This document shows positions 20,544 through 30,456 of a stretch of DNA of 59,734 nucleotides, piece after piece. The notes below the pieces were generated by a model. It did no database searches, had not been told where the DNA came from, and worked only from the letters and a program-made list of their open reading frames with translations. The position numbers were made by a program, and so were the translations under genes. The first letter of the stretch is position 1. Each line of letters opens with the position of its first letter. This DNA is from a virus (taxonomy: Duplodnaviria > Caudoviricetes), in IMG/VR virus record IMGVR_UViG_3300008267_000087, positions 1 through 59,734 of that record, one strand, 5' to 3'.

Positions 20544-20718
20544 ACTATAGACACATGATTCATATTATTATCGGCATTATTGGAACAATCCTTTGGATGG
20601 CATACGAAATGTATACAGCGCCCATGATGGACGATAATGGTAATATAACCAAACCTGGTAATAAATTATCAGACTTATTTAAAAAGAAAAAATGATATTT
20701 ATCATATAAACAACTAAA

Positions 20719-21120
20719 ATGGCATATTCAGAAAAAGTTTTAGATCATTATTCTAACCCACAAAATGTAGGAACCTTAGATAAAACCAAATCAAACGTAG
20801 GTACTGGATTGGTTGGCGCGCCGGAGTGTGGTGATGTGATGAGATTGCAAATTGAAGTGGTAGATAATATCATTGTGGACGCCAAATTCAAAACTTTTGG
20901 ATGTGGCTCAGCAATCGCATCGTCGTCCGTTGCAACTGAATGGTTGAAAGGAAAGAGCGTTGATGAGGCATTAACAATTGATAATATGGATTTAGTCGAA
21001 GAATTAAATTTACCACCAGTTAAAATACATTGTAGTGTTTTAGCCGAGGATGCAATTAAATCAGCAATAAACGATTACCGTGTTAAAAATGGTATGGATG
21101 TCTTAGTATTCGAACATTAA
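20719..21120 (+). CDS. iscU: Fe-S cluster scaffold IscU
   Basis: MAYSEKVLDHY, GAPECGDVM, FKTFGCGSAIASSS, LPPVKIHCSVLAEDAI. Confidence 0.97.
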   Translation: MAYSEKVLDHYSNPQNVGTLDKTKSNVGTGLVGAPECGDVMRLQIEVVDNIIVDAKFKTFGCGSAIASSSVATEWLKGKSVDEALTIDNMDLVEELNLPPVKIHCSVLAEDAIKSAINDYRVKNGMDVLVFEH

Positions 21121-21121
21121 T

Positions 21122-21451
21122 ATGATTACAATAGGAGAAAAAGCACTTGAACATGTTGTTGAATTAATGATCCAACAAGGAATAACACCAGACACTCACT
21201 TTCTTCGCGTTGGAGTTAAAGGAGGTGGTTGTAGTGGTTTGTCATATGCGATGGATTTTGATGATAATATAACAGATATGGATGAGGTTATTGATTTAAA
21301 TGTTATGAAGGTAGTTGTGGATAAAAAATCAGTTTTATATTTATACGGAACTCAATTAGAATATTCTGATGGGTTAAATGGTAAGGGGTTTCATTGGATA
21401 AATCCCCAAGCAAGTCGCACTTGCGGTTGCGGAGAAAGTTTTGCTCTCTAA
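21122..21451 (+). CDS. iscA: A-type Fe-S carrier IscA/HesB
   Basis: LRVGVKGGGCSGLSY, NPQASRTCGCGESF. Confidence 0.95.
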   Translation: MITIGEKALEHVVELMIQQGITPDTHFLRVGVKGGGCSGLSYAMDFDDNITDMDEVIDLNVMKVVVDKKSVLYLYGTQLEYSDGLNGKGFHWINPQASRTCGCGESFAL

Positions 21452-21580
21452 TTTTTATTTTTCATTTATTTTAATTATATTTTATTATGGAAATGTTAAT
21501 CGTATTAGGTTTTGTGTCATTTGCGACACTCGCAGTTTTTTCACTCGTAGATATTATTAGACAAATTAATAGAATCGAAG

Positions 21581-22267
21581 ATGAAGAAAATTAAACACCC
21601 ACTAGTTAAGGGTATTGTAAAAGAAGTTGCACCTCGGATATATTGTGTCCAAGTTGACGATGATTACGATAGAGCAATGTTGTTTTGTCGTTATCAGGAG
21701 TTTTATGAATCACCATATAAAAGATTCAGAGGTAAACCATTCACATGGATGGAGTATATGAGATTCTATAAAGAAGCTTGGAAGAAAAGAGTGTTTACCT
21801 ATCCAGATGATTGGGCGGGTTACAACATCCCAAGTAATGTTATGCAAAGAGCCAACCACATATTTTGTAAAGAAACTGAATATGATGAGATAATGAATGA
21901 CATTTATTTTTATTGTGCAATTGATTCACAAAACAAAAATAATGGAACAAGATGTGATTGGTATTTAATTGGTGCGAGCAGTAAAGATTTAAAAACCATG
22001 GATCACGAAATTGCACATGGTTTATATTTTACTAATAAATCATATCAAATAAGAACAAAAGCCTTGTTACATCTTATACCGAAAAGAGTTAGGGATAATA
22101 TCAACAAGAAACTTATTAAAATGGGATATGTGAATGATAAGAAAATATTGGACGATGAAGCTCAAGCTTTTCTATCAACAGGTCTTTATAATGGGATGGA
22201 TACCAAAGAAATAAAAAAATACGAAAGGGATTTTAAAAACAATTTTAAAAAATTCAATGAGAGGTAA
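21581..22267 (+). CDS. Hypothetical protein with HExxH zinc-metallopeptidase-like motif
   Basis: DHEIAHG plus downstream DDEAQA. Confidence 0.6.
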   Translation: MKKIKHPLVKGIVKEVAPRIYCVQVDDDYDRAMLFCRYQEFYESPYKRFRGKPFTWMEYMRFYKEAWKKRVFTYPDDWAGYNIPSNVMQRANHIFCKETEYDEIMNDIYFYCAIDSQNKNNGTRCDWYLIGASSKDLKTMDHEIAHGLYFTNKSYQIRTKALLHLIPKRVRDNINKKLIKMGYVNDKKILDDEAQAFLSTGLYNGMDTKEIKKYERDFKNNFKKFNER

Positions 22268-22778
22268 AGCGATATTCATTGACATCGATGGTCCATTATC
22301 GGATGGAACATGGTACGATGGTAATGTAAAAATAATGGAAGGAACACCAACCGAGTTCACCATACCTTATGCATGGGTACAAGAAGATTGTGATGCGTTA
22401 TCTGAAATAATAAAACAAACAGACGCAAGATTGGTGGTGTCATCCGATTGGAGAAAACACTATGGTTTTAATCAGTTGATGATGGTATTTGAACATTATG
22501 GTATTGGTAGGTGGAATTTGTTAGATACCACGTCACATTTCAACCCGCGTAAGAAAATGAGTTCATCTTTAGAGTGGGACAGAGCGTGTGAAATTGAATC
22601 ATGGGTTAAGACTTTCAAACCAATAAATTGGATATCAATTGACGATATGCAGTTAAATTTTGGGTATAAATCATTAAAGATACCGCAATGGCATCATGTG
22701 CAAGTTGACGGTGATTGGGGTAAAGGTGGTAAGTTGAGAGATAAAGTTGACGAATGTGTTAAAAAATTAAATAAATAA
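22257..22778 (+). CDS. HAD-superfamily protein (Swiss Army Knife RNA-repair HAD-like)
   Basis: IFIDIDGPL, VVSSDWR, RACEI..W, ISIDD. Confidence 0.8.
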   Translation: MRGKAIFIDIDGPLSDGTWYDGNVKIMEGTPTEFTIPYAWVQEDCDALSEIIKQTDARLVVSSDWRKHYGFNQLMMVFEHYGIGRWNLLDTTSHFNPRKKMSSSLEWDRACEIESWVKTFKPINWISIDDMQLNFGYKSLKIPQWHHVQVDGDWGKGGKLRDKVDECVKKLNK

Positions 22779-22781
22779 GTT

Positions 22782-22943
22782 ATGGGACTATTAATTGGAA
22801 TTGGTGGTAGTTTTGTATTAGCGGCAATAGTTGCTTTCTTTTGGGTTAGAGGTATTGACTATATGAAGGAAAACCATCCCGATTATAAGGGGGATGATTT
22901 ATTTGGTAAATTTGACGACGAAGATGAAAAACATATAGGATAA
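22782..22943 (+). CDS. 53-aa membrane peptide (not in ORF track)
   Basis: TM helix followed by WVRGIDYMKENHPDYKGDDLF. Confidence 0.6.
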   Translation: MGLLIGIGGSFVLAAIVAFFWVRGIDYMKENHPDYKGDDLFGKFDDEDEKHIG

Positions 22944-22972
22944 AACAACAATTTGGGATATTTATTATTCGT

Positions 22973-24364
22973 ATGAAGAAAAGAACCTTAAAAGAAGAAT
23001 TGGAAAGAATACATATAATCACTTATGGTAAAAAAATACTATTAGAGGACGATTTTTTAGATAAGTTATTACAAGGAGATACCCCAAACGCAATTAAACC
23101 AATAGATCAACCCACTAAGGCGGATTTTGTCGATAACAATGTCACGAAATTTCTTGCCGATCTCAAATCGATTAAAGAACCTGTTAGTCAACAGAAGTTA
23201 GGAACCATGCAACACCAAAAAGAGGTGGAAACGGTTCAAATTGCATTAGTTTTATTGGGCTATGAATTACCAAGACATGGTATTGATGGGCTATTTGGTC
23301 CTGAAACTGCAGCCGCGGTTAAAGAATATAAGAAAGATAATAGTACTATAAGTGAAGCGTTTATACCAGGTATCGATGAAATGGTTTGGAACAAGATGCC
23401 GTGGGGAGTTGACGCAGGTAATAAAAAAGTTGGTATTAAATGGTCTAACCATGATACTCACATTCATTTTGGATTCACAAATGCCGAAGTTGCGGTTAAA
23501 GTGATTGAGAAGGCTAAACAATTAGGTTTACACGCAGGAGAAAATCCATATTCAGCTAAAGTTAATCCAGTACATGTAGATGACAGTTTTCACTATAAAA
23601 CGTTTAGTCAAACCGTAAATGGTAAAAAAGTAGGTGGAGGATTAGATGTTAGTGGTGATAGGAATAAAATGGAAGAATTGTTTAGTTGGGTGGCAACCGA
23701 ATTAGGTGGAGGCGACTCAGTTACCATGAGTGATTTTGACACAGACGAAAGTACGGTAGAATCGGTTACACCTGAGATGGCTCAATCTATGGCATCTAAA
23801 TTAGAACAAAAAGGTGTTACCAAAGAACAACTAAATCAATTAATTGATAAGGTTACAACAGGAGGAAGCGACGTCTTTACGGATTTAGATTTAACAACGG
23901 ATGAGGGTTACAAGATGTATAGTAAAATATGCGATACATTCATAAAAACAAAATCTTCTAATTTATTGAATATAACAGGTGATATGATGGCATCAAGTGC
24001 TAAAAAGGTATTTGAGAAACGTAATAAATACGTTCCACCTGAATTGGCATTAGGACAATTAGCAGCAGAAGGAGGCGTCGGAAATTCTGATTCAACTAGT
24101 ATAGCTATAAGAACCAAAAACCCGTTCAACGTTGGGAATATGGATGATGGAAGTACAATAGAACACAACTCAGTACAATCAGGAATTGACGCATATTACA
24201 ATTTGATTGCTAAGGATTATATAGGTAAAGGTAGAACAGCACAAGATTTAATTAAGAATTTCGTTAATCACGAAAATTTAAGATACGCAAAATCCACCAA
24301 ATACGAAGCTGTAGTTGGTTCAATTGCAAGGCAAGTAAATAAAATCGCCAAAAGCTTAGCGTAA
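22973..24364 (+). CDS. Multidomain peptidoglycan hydrolase (PG-binding + lysozyme/glucosaminidase-like), possibly virion-associated
   Basis: VQIALVLLGY...GIDGLFGPETAAAV (PG_binding_1); C-terminal LALGQLAAEGG...KNPFNVGN...RYA. Confidence 0.78.
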   Translation: MKKRTLKEELERIHIITYGKKILLEDDFLDKLLQGDTPNAIKPIDQPTKADFVDNNVTKFLADLKSIKEPVSQQKLGTMQHQKEVETVQIALVLLGYELPRHGIDGLFGPETAAAVKEYKKDNSTISEAFIPGIDEMVWNKMPWGVDAGNKKVGIKWSNHDTHIHFGFTNAEVAVKVIEKAKQLGLHAGENPYSAKVNPVHVDDSFHYKTFSQTVNGKKVGGGLDVSGDRNKMEELFSWVATELGGGDSVTMSDFDTDESTVESVTPEMAQSMASKLEQKGVTKEQLNQLIDKVTTGGSDVFTDLDLTTDEGYKMYSKICDTFIKTKSSNLLNITGDMMASSAKKVFEKRNKYVPPELALGQLAAEGGVGNSDSTSIAIRTKNPFNVGNMDDGSTIEHNSVQSGIDAYYNLIAKDYIGKGRTAQDLIKNFVNHENLRYAKSTKYEAVVGSIARQVNKIAKSLA

Positions 24365-24428
24365 AATTGTTAATATCTATTTGACAATTCAAATAATATT
24401 GGTATATTAATAATCTAAAGCTTAATAT

Positions 24429-24791
24429 ATGCCAAATGAAATTTGTATTCTTTGCGGTAAAGAAACCGACGTTAATATCAATACCCATGTTGATTTTAGA
24501 ACTGGGTACATCGAAGGTGCAGGACAATTATGTACCACTTGTTATTTAAAAGGTTCCCCGTCAAGCAGGGAAATGATTACAATCCCAAAAGATTTAGTTT
24601 TAAATACCCCTAACGACATGGAATTAGGTGGAAAGGTTCGTCAGTACTATTGGGATGAATATCACGATAGCGAACCCCCTATCACCAACCAATGGGTATG
24701 TGAATATTGCGGAAGGGATACGTCTGATGTTGATTCAGACTATTTAGTGAATACGAATCATCTTGAATGTGTATTAAAGATGAATCCGTAG
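24429..24791 (+). CDS. Zn-finger hypothetical protein
   Basis: CILCG...GQLCTTC and CEYCG...HLEC. Confidence 0.7.
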   Translation: MPNEICILCGKETDVNINTHVDFRTGYIEGAGQLCTTCYLKGSPSSREMITIPKDLVLNTPNDMELGGKVRQYYWDEYHDSEPPITNQWVCEYCGRDTSDVDSDYLVNTNHLECVLKMNP

Positions 24792-24815
24792 TATTTATAT
24801 ATAAATAATTTTTAG

Positions 24816-26111
24816 ATGAAACAGATATCAAAGAAAGATTTAATAAGTTTAATAACGGAATCCGCACATGACATGGATGAAATGTCATATAACAGAGCGA
24901 TGCCAAGTCCTTGGGACGATGGATATAATCCTGAAAAAGAAAGACAAGGTTCAAAATCAAAGGGTTTCTATTTAAACAAACCACCTTTGGATACACCGGA
25001 TAAAGAAAAAGGACCGAAAGAAGTTTGGATACTAAATGTTGAAGGTATTGACGAAAATGGTGAACCTAAAATGTATAAAGAAATTGTTTTAGGACCCGTT
25101 TCAAAAGAATATGTTCTACAATATGCTCCTAAGTTTTATGAGTGGGTTAAAAAAATGGAAGACAATGGATATCAATTTCATCATTTAGATAAAAAAAGCG
25201 TTTTAGCTAAGTACGACCCATTTGAATTAACGAAAGCAAGTGTATCAAATACCGCAATGGCATTAAGAGCCGCAATTGGCATGACATTGGATGAAAAGGA
25301 AGCGAAACCAATGGGGATACCGGAAAAAATCACAAGAACGGTAATTCGTAACGTTCGTAAAGTATTGGGAGATGAAAAAGTGCAAAGTTTTTTAAAAACA
25401 AATGGTGTACCTGAAATAAAAATTCCCGAACAATTAGTTAGTTGGCAAAAACAAGGGACTAACACATATGGTAAAAGACAAAATGAAAAAATTAAGTGGG
25501 AATCGCATAATGTTTTTAAATTTAACACAGTTGATGAATACGCAGCGCACATTGATAATTTGATTGAAAAACAGGACTCAGGTGCTAAATCATCACATTT
25601 AACTCGTCAATATCAACCAGGTAGTAAAAAGGGTACATTAAAAGGTATGGGTAGTGTTTATGTGAGAAATGATTTTTCTGTAAATGGTGAAGATACTGGG
25701 ACTGATTTTATTTGGAATATAAGCTTTAACGCATTTGTTGGGCAAAGTAACAATGTTGGTGGGTTAGTTCAATTTCTTGATATTTCAAGTACGAAAAATT
25801 CTGAAACATCGGGAGCAGGTCCAGATGGTACGGTTATGTCAAATAAACAAATACTTAACGCATATGCACAAGCGCTTCTTGATGTACGTAATAAAATAGC
25901 AAATATTGATTTAGGCAATTTAGTTGATAAATCATATATAGCAATAGGTTCCGATTTTGATGAAAAGGTAGCAGGCCCACAGCCAGAAGACGAACCGGAA
26001 GTAGAGCCACAGGCAACAGACGCAGAAAAACCAAAAAAAGCAAAGAAAATCACAAAAGAGGCAATTGAAAGCATGATTAAAAACATGTTACATGAAGCTA
26101 TAAATAAATAA
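24816..26111 (+). CDS. Hypothetical protein, possibly capsid-internal
   Basis: 431 aa; N-terminal KQISKKDLISLITE and C-terminal KITKEAIESMIKNMLHE; TATTTATA upstream. Confidence 0.6.
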   Translation: MKQISKKDLISLITESAHDMDEMSYNRAMPSPWDDGYNPEKERQGSKSKGFYLNKPPLDTPDKEKGPKEVWILNVEGIDENGEPKMYKEIVLGPVSKEYVLQYAPKFYEWVKKMEDNGYQFHHLDKKSVLAKYDPFELTKASVSNTAMALRAAIGMTLDEKEAKPMGIPEKITRTVIRNVRKVLGDEKVQSFLKTNGVPEIKIPEQLVSWQKQGTNTYGKRQNEKIKWESHNVFKFNTVDEYAAHIDNLIEKQDSGAKSSHLTRQYQPGSKKGTLKGMGSVYVRNDFSVNGEDTGTDFIWNISFNAFVGQSNNVGGLVQFLDISSTKNSETSGAGPDGTVMSNKQILNAYAQALLDVRNKIANIDLGNLVDKSYIAIGSDFDEKVAGPQPEDEPEVEPQATDAEKPKKAKKITKEAIESMIKNMLHEAINK

Positions 26112-26161
26112 CCTCTCCTTGGATAGTATCCCTGGACTGACCTACGTAGGGTTTCGTTATC

Positions 26162-26190
26162 TCCCCCAAAGAAATTTGGGGGATTTTTTT
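26162..26190 (+). terminator. Rho-independent terminator
   Basis: TCCCCCAAA-GAAA-TTTGGGGGA followed by a T7 run. Confidence 0.85.
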
Positions 26191-26225
26191 GTTATTACCA
26201 AATAAAATTTATATCTTTGTTCATT

Positions 26226-26645
26226 ATGAGTAATGAGTTAATTTTTGTTTTGGTATTTTTTTGGGTAGTATCTGCCGCGTATGTGATGTATACACACAAA
26301 AAAGAATACACATTAGGTTTTGATATGATAATAGGTGCAATATTATTAGGACCAATTTTGGCTTTGTTTGTTAAAGATGGTGGTGAACACGAAATAAAGA
26401 AACTTCATATAGAACAAGAAGAGAATAATAGACATAGAGCATGGTTTAGAACAATGGGGGAAATCAATAGACAAAGAACCCCTACTTGGTTTAGAACCAT
26501 CCCACCTCCACCACCGATATCACGAGTAGAACGCGCTATGACAGAAAGAGATGAAGCAATTAGAACAGCAATAGAAAGGATGGATAAAAATAAATTAAAA
26601 GACTTCAAATTTTTTCAAAGTAATGTTAAGGATACCGAACGATAG
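26226..26645 (+). CDS. Membrane protein with C-terminal FKFF motif
   Basis: Two N-terminal TM helices; KDFKFFQS near the C-terminus. Confidence 0.65.
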   Translation: MSNELIFVLVFFWVVSAAYVMYTHKKEYTLGFDMIIGAILLGPILALFVKDGGEHEIKKLHIEQEENNRHRAWFRTMGEINRQRTPTWFRTIPPPPPISRVERAMTERDEAIRTAIERMDKNKLKDFKFFQSNVKDTER

Positions 26646-27276
26646 AAAAGTATGGGTGACTTCGGACACACACTATTCACACACAAACATATGTCGTGGA
26701 ATAACTAATTGGAGAACGCCTAATGGTGATATACCAGAAAAACAAACACGTCCATTTGAAACATTGGATAAAATGAATGCTGCAATTGTTAATAACATTA
26801 ATGAGGTTGTTGGGCAGGATGATGTGTTGATACACTTTGGCGATTGGAGTTTCGGTGGGTTTGAAAACATTGAAGAGTTACGCAATCGAATATGGTGTAA
26901 GGAAATTCATTTGATTTATGGGAATCATGATCATCATCTCGTAAATAATAGAGATAATTGTCAGAAGTTATTTACATCAACACAATGGTTCTTACAATTG
27001 AATTATATGGGAGAAACTATGGAATGCATGCACTTCCCAATATTATCTTGGAATGGATTGGGTAAGGGTAGGATACATTTACATGGACATTCCCACCTTC
27101 CTAATGAAAAGAAAATAGCATTTAGAAGAATGGATGTTGGTATGGACGGACATCCCGAATTTAGACCTTATGATTTACATCGTGAGATAATGAACCCAAT
27201 GAAGAAACAACCAATAGGTTCCGAACTTGGAGCTGATGAACATCATGTTGATGGATTGAAAAATGTTATAGGATAA
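26623..27276 (+). CDS. Calcineurin-like metallophosphoesterase
   Basis: SDTH, GD, GNHD, HLHGHSH, DVGMD. Confidence 0.9.
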   Translation: MLRIPNDRKVWVTSDTHYSHTNICRGITNWRTPNGDIPEKQTRPFETLDKMNAAIVNNINEVVGQDDVLIHFGDWSFGGFENIEELRNRIWCKEIHLIYGNHDHHLVNNRDNCQKLFTSTQWFLQLNYMGETMECMHFPILSWNGLGKGRIHLHGHSHLPNEKKIAFRRMDVGMDGHPEFRPYDLHREIMNPMKKQPIGSELGADEHHVDGLKNVIG

Positions 27277-27312
27277 TTTTTTTATTTCAAAATATTTCTT
27301 TATATTTTGAAT

Positions 27313-27555
27313 ATGAATTTAGAAGAAATATTTGAAATGTTTCCTGATGAGGAGTTTCTAAAAGCAGAAGGATTTGATAGTGCAATTATTGGTGTTGAAC
27401 CAAATACAATGAAATTGGTATATAGCCGTGATAAGATGGTTGGAATACTAATTGAAGATGAAAAGATGGATGAGATTGATGCCATAGAGTATTTGGAATT
27501 TAACACTTGGAACGCACACGTTGGTGATAAAACACCAATCTATATTGAAATTTAA
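27313..27555 (+). CDS. Hypothetical phage protein
   Basis: AEGFDSAIIG...VYS..KM...AIEYLEFNT..A.VG..TP motif. Confidence 0.75.
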   Translation: MNLEEIFEMFPDEEFLKAEGFDSAIIGVEPNTMKLVYSRDKMVGILIEDEKMDEIDAIEYLEFNTWNAHVGDKTPIYIEI

Positions 27556-27566
27556 AATTATATTAT

Positions 27567-27905
27567 ATGATATTATTTGTTATTATTTTATTGGTTATCA
27601 TCATAGTTCCATGTGCTATTTTCATATGGACAGAAATGAGTATAACGAACGATAGAGTACGATGGTTAGAAGAAAGATTAACTAAGTTAGAAAAAGATGC
27701 TGTTAAGGTTACATTTAATGAACCATCACCATTTCATCGTAAACCAAAAACGCAAACGGATTACGCTAATGAACATAAGAAATCAAATCCAAAACAATTT
27801 GATGGAATTAAAAGTGAAGAACCATTTGTAAAAACGAGAACAAAACGTAAACCAACAACTTTATCTGACTGGGAAGAAAAATATGATTTAGGAGGAAATC
27901 AATAA
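27567..27905 (+). CDS. Hypothetical membrane-anchored protein
   Basis: N-terminal TM helix. Confidence 0.65.
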   Translation: MILFVIILLVIIIVPCAIFIWTEMSITNDRVRWLEERLTKLEKDAVKVTFNEPSPFHRKPKTQTDYANEHKKSNPKQFDGIKSEEPFVKTRTKRKPTTLSDWEEKYDLGGNQ

Positions 27906-28444
27906 TGAAATTTATTAAAACTGAAATAGTTGGATGTTTTATTGTTACGTTTGATACAATCGTAGACAACAGAGGCTATTTCTCCGTACCATACAATAAA
28001 GACGCCTTTAACGAGAATATAGGTGAAGATGTTAACTTTGTACAGGATAACATCTCATCGTCGCACTATGGGGTTATCAGAGGGCTACATTTCCAATCTG
28101 GTGAGTTTGAACAAGCTAAATTAGTTACATGTACTTGGGGTAAAGTGTTGGATGTTGCTGTCGACATGAGAAAGGATTCAAAAACATATGGAAACGTAGT
28201 TCAAGTCGAACTGGGTTATGGGTGGAATAGACACTTATTTGTACCTCGTGGCTGTGCACATGGCTTCTCAACGCTAAGTGACACCGCAATTTTTCAATAT
28301 AAAGTTGATAATCAATACAATAAACAATCCGAAGGCGGCATCATTTACAATGACACAACACTCAATATCAATTGGAATGTACCAACTCAAAAGGTAGTTG
28401 TATCAGAAAAGGACAAAGAGTTACCTACTTTTTTATCATTATAG
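27905..28444 (+). CDS. rfbC: dTDP-4-dehydrorhamnose 3,5-epimerase
   Basis: DNRGYF, FVQDN.S.S..GVIRGLHFQ, QAKLV, DVAVD.R..S.TYG, AHGF, SEKD. Confidence 0.95.
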   Translation: MKFIKTEIVGCFIVTFDTIVDNRGYFSVPYNKDAFNENIGEDVNFVQDNISSSHYGVIRGLHFQSGEFEQAKLVTCTWGKVLDVAVDMRKDSKTYGNVVQVELGYGWNRHLFVPRGCAHGFSTLSDTAIFQYKVDNQYNKQSEGGIIYNDTTLNINWNVPTQKVVVSEKDKELPTFLSL

Positions 28445-28468
28445 CACTATTTATATATAAAAATCAAG

Positions 28469-28894
28469 ATGGCTAAAATAGTTAAAATCAAACAATCTGA
28501 TATTGAGAATATTGTTCTTAATTTAGTAAAGGAGAATATGGAATCTGACGATTACGCACCAGACCCAGATTCAGCGTATGAAGATAGTACATACATAGAT
28601 GACGAACCTAACGATAATGGGTTTGAAGATGATAATAGTTTTGAAGATGATAGCGATGATATTTCTACAGATGCTGAAGGAGAACCATATTGGACAGGAG
28701 ATTATGTTAATGTAGACGGAAAAGCATATCAAATTGTTATTGGTGGGGATGGAAGAGTTAGGTTATATGATAAAACTACCGATAGTGCACTTTCAACTGA
28801 AGAGTCTATGGTAATGTTAAAACAAGGAAAAAGAATGTCTTCAAATGTAGAGGGTAATAGTAGTGATGAAGAAGAATTTATAGTGTCAGCATAG
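28469..28894 (+). CDS. Acidic hypothetical protein, possibly capsid-internal
   Basis: N-terminal KIVKIKQSDIENIVLNLVKE; TATTTATA upstream. Confidence 0.65.
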   Translation: MAKIVKIKQSDIENIVLNLVKENMESDDYAPDPDSAYEDSTYIDDEPNDNGFEDDNSFEDDSDDISTDAEGEPYWTGDYVNVDGKAYQIVIGGDGRVRLYDKTTDSALSTEESMVMLKQGKRMSSNVEGNSSDEEEFIVSA

Positions 28895-28919
28895 GTTAAT
28901 ACATAACATATTAGAAATC

Positions 28920-28944
28920 ACCCCACTAAATGTGGGGTTTTTTT
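28920..28944 (+). terminator. Rho-independent terminator
   Basis: ACCCCAC-TAAAT-GTGGGGT followed by a T run. Confidence 0.8.
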
Positions 28945-29019
28945 ATTATTTAATTTTTTTTAGAAATATTTTATAATACAAATAAATTTTAGTAGTTTTG
29001 TGGAACACATAATTAACAC

Positions 29020-29217
29020 ATGAAATTACTAACTTACTACAAAGGAAACCAAATCTTTTGGTTTAGGATCTGTGGATATGGACTATCCATAAGATCATTA
29101 AAACACGGCTATGTGCCATTTTCAATTCGATATGGGATTAGAAGTGGTTTAAAACTATTTGATTATCATTTTGAATTTTTAACCCGAGAAAAAAAGAAAC
29201 ACTATGGACGCAGATGA
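29020..29217 (+). CDS. Hypothetical protein
   Basis: Follows the Bacteroidota-type promoter TAGTTTTG. Confidence 0.55.
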   Translation: MKLLTYYKGNQIFWFRICGYGLSIRSLKHGYVPFSIRYGIRSGLKLFDYHFEFLTREKKKHYGRR

Positions 29218-29491
29218 ATTTAATCAGAAGTACAAAAATTACATACCCAATGGTTGGTATGGTTTAGGTTTTAGTATACCAGATGTGACAGATTACTTGG
29301 ATAAAGAAATGGAAGATTTAATTTTAATACCGGGTTTTGAGTTACATCAAGTTAAATTGAAATTTAACATGGCAAGATTTTATTTTCAAACCAATTGGAA
29401 AGATAAAGGTTTAGAAGCTGTGATTGAGAATAAAATAGAAAGTAAAATAAATGATTTAGTTAAACAATACCAAGAAAATAAAACATTATGA
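29204..29491 (+). CDS. Hypothetical protein
   Basis: QVKLKF..ARFY motif; coupled to neighbours. Confidence 0.65.
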   Translation: MDADEFNQKYKNYIPNGWYGLGFSIPDVTDYLDKEMEDLILIPGFELHQVKLKFNMARFYFQTNWKDKGLEAVIENKIESKINDLVKQYQENKTL

Positions 29492-30144
29492 TATACGTAA
29501 GCGTCGACATTGAAACCAGTGGTCTTGATTATGAGAAACACAAAGTATTATCCATCGGTGCAATCATCGAAGATACTGAAAAGAAATTACCATACGAAGA
29601 ATGTCCTAAGTTCAATGCGGTAGTTCTTCAAAATGAAATCACGGGTTCACCGAGAGCACTTACCATGAACAAAGGTATAATTGCCATGATTGGCGAATAC
29701 TTGGAAGGTACCGATGATGTTAGATTTAATATGGATACCATTCTTAATTATAGTTTTTATAGAGAAGATGATGTGATAAAAAAGTTTTATGAGTTCCTTT
29801 GGAACAATGGATTCGCAACTTTGGATTCACCATCCACTCACGTGAATGGAAAATTAACACCCATCATCGATGGGAAAACCAAACCAATCACGTTAAATGT
29901 TGCAGGTAAGAACTTTGGAACATTTGATAAACTATTCTTACAAGAATTACCTTGGTGGCAAAAGTTAATCCGTACTCGTCAAAGAGTATTGGATCCCGCA
30001 ATCTTATTGGTTGATTGGACGAATGATAAATCGTTACCAAACCTGACACAATGTAAAGAACGTGCAGGTATTGAGGGTATAGTGACGCACGACGCACTCG
30101 AAGATGCTTGGGACGTTATAGAAGTATTAAGAAAATTTTATTAA
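29488..30144 (+). CDS. DEDDh 3'-5' exonuclease
   Basis: VDIETSG, GKNFGTFD, THDALEDA. Confidence 0.88.
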   Translation: MIYVSVDIETSGLDYEKHKVLSIGAIIEDTEKKLPYEECPKFNAVVLQNEITGSPRALTMNKGIIAMIGEYLEGTDDVRFNMDTILNYSFYREDDVIKKFYEFLWNNGFATLDSPSTHVNGKLTPIIDGKTKPITLNVAGKNFGTFDKLFLQELPWWQKLIRTRQRVLDPAILLVDWTNDKSLPNLTQCKERAGIEGIVTHDALEDAWDVIEVLRKFY

Positions 30145-30145
30145 T

Positions 30146-30391
30146 ATGGCAACAGCAACATTAACATTTGATTTAAACGAACCGGATGATGTCTTGGCAC
30201 ATTTAAGGTGTGTCAAATCTACCGACATGGCTATTGCCATTTGGGAAATAATTCACAATACCAAAAAAGGGTTGGAGTGGTCTATGGAAGGGAAAGAAAT
30301 GGATAAGTATGATGCCCTTGAAATGGTATATGAAAAAATACACGAGATATTAGGGGAACATAATATTAGAACCGACGAATTAATAAATTAA
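30146..30391 (+). CDS. Hypothetical protein
   Basis: ATLTFDLNEPDD motif; operon context. Confidence 0.7.
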   Translation: MATATLTFDLNEPDDVLAHLRCVKSTDMAIAIWEIIHNTKKGLEWSMEGKEMDKYDALEMVYEKIHEILGEHNIRTDELIN

Positions 30392-30456
30392 AAATTTCTT
30401 TTCAAAAATTTCGTATTAAGGAATAAAATAATTATATTTTATAAAAACACCTTAAT

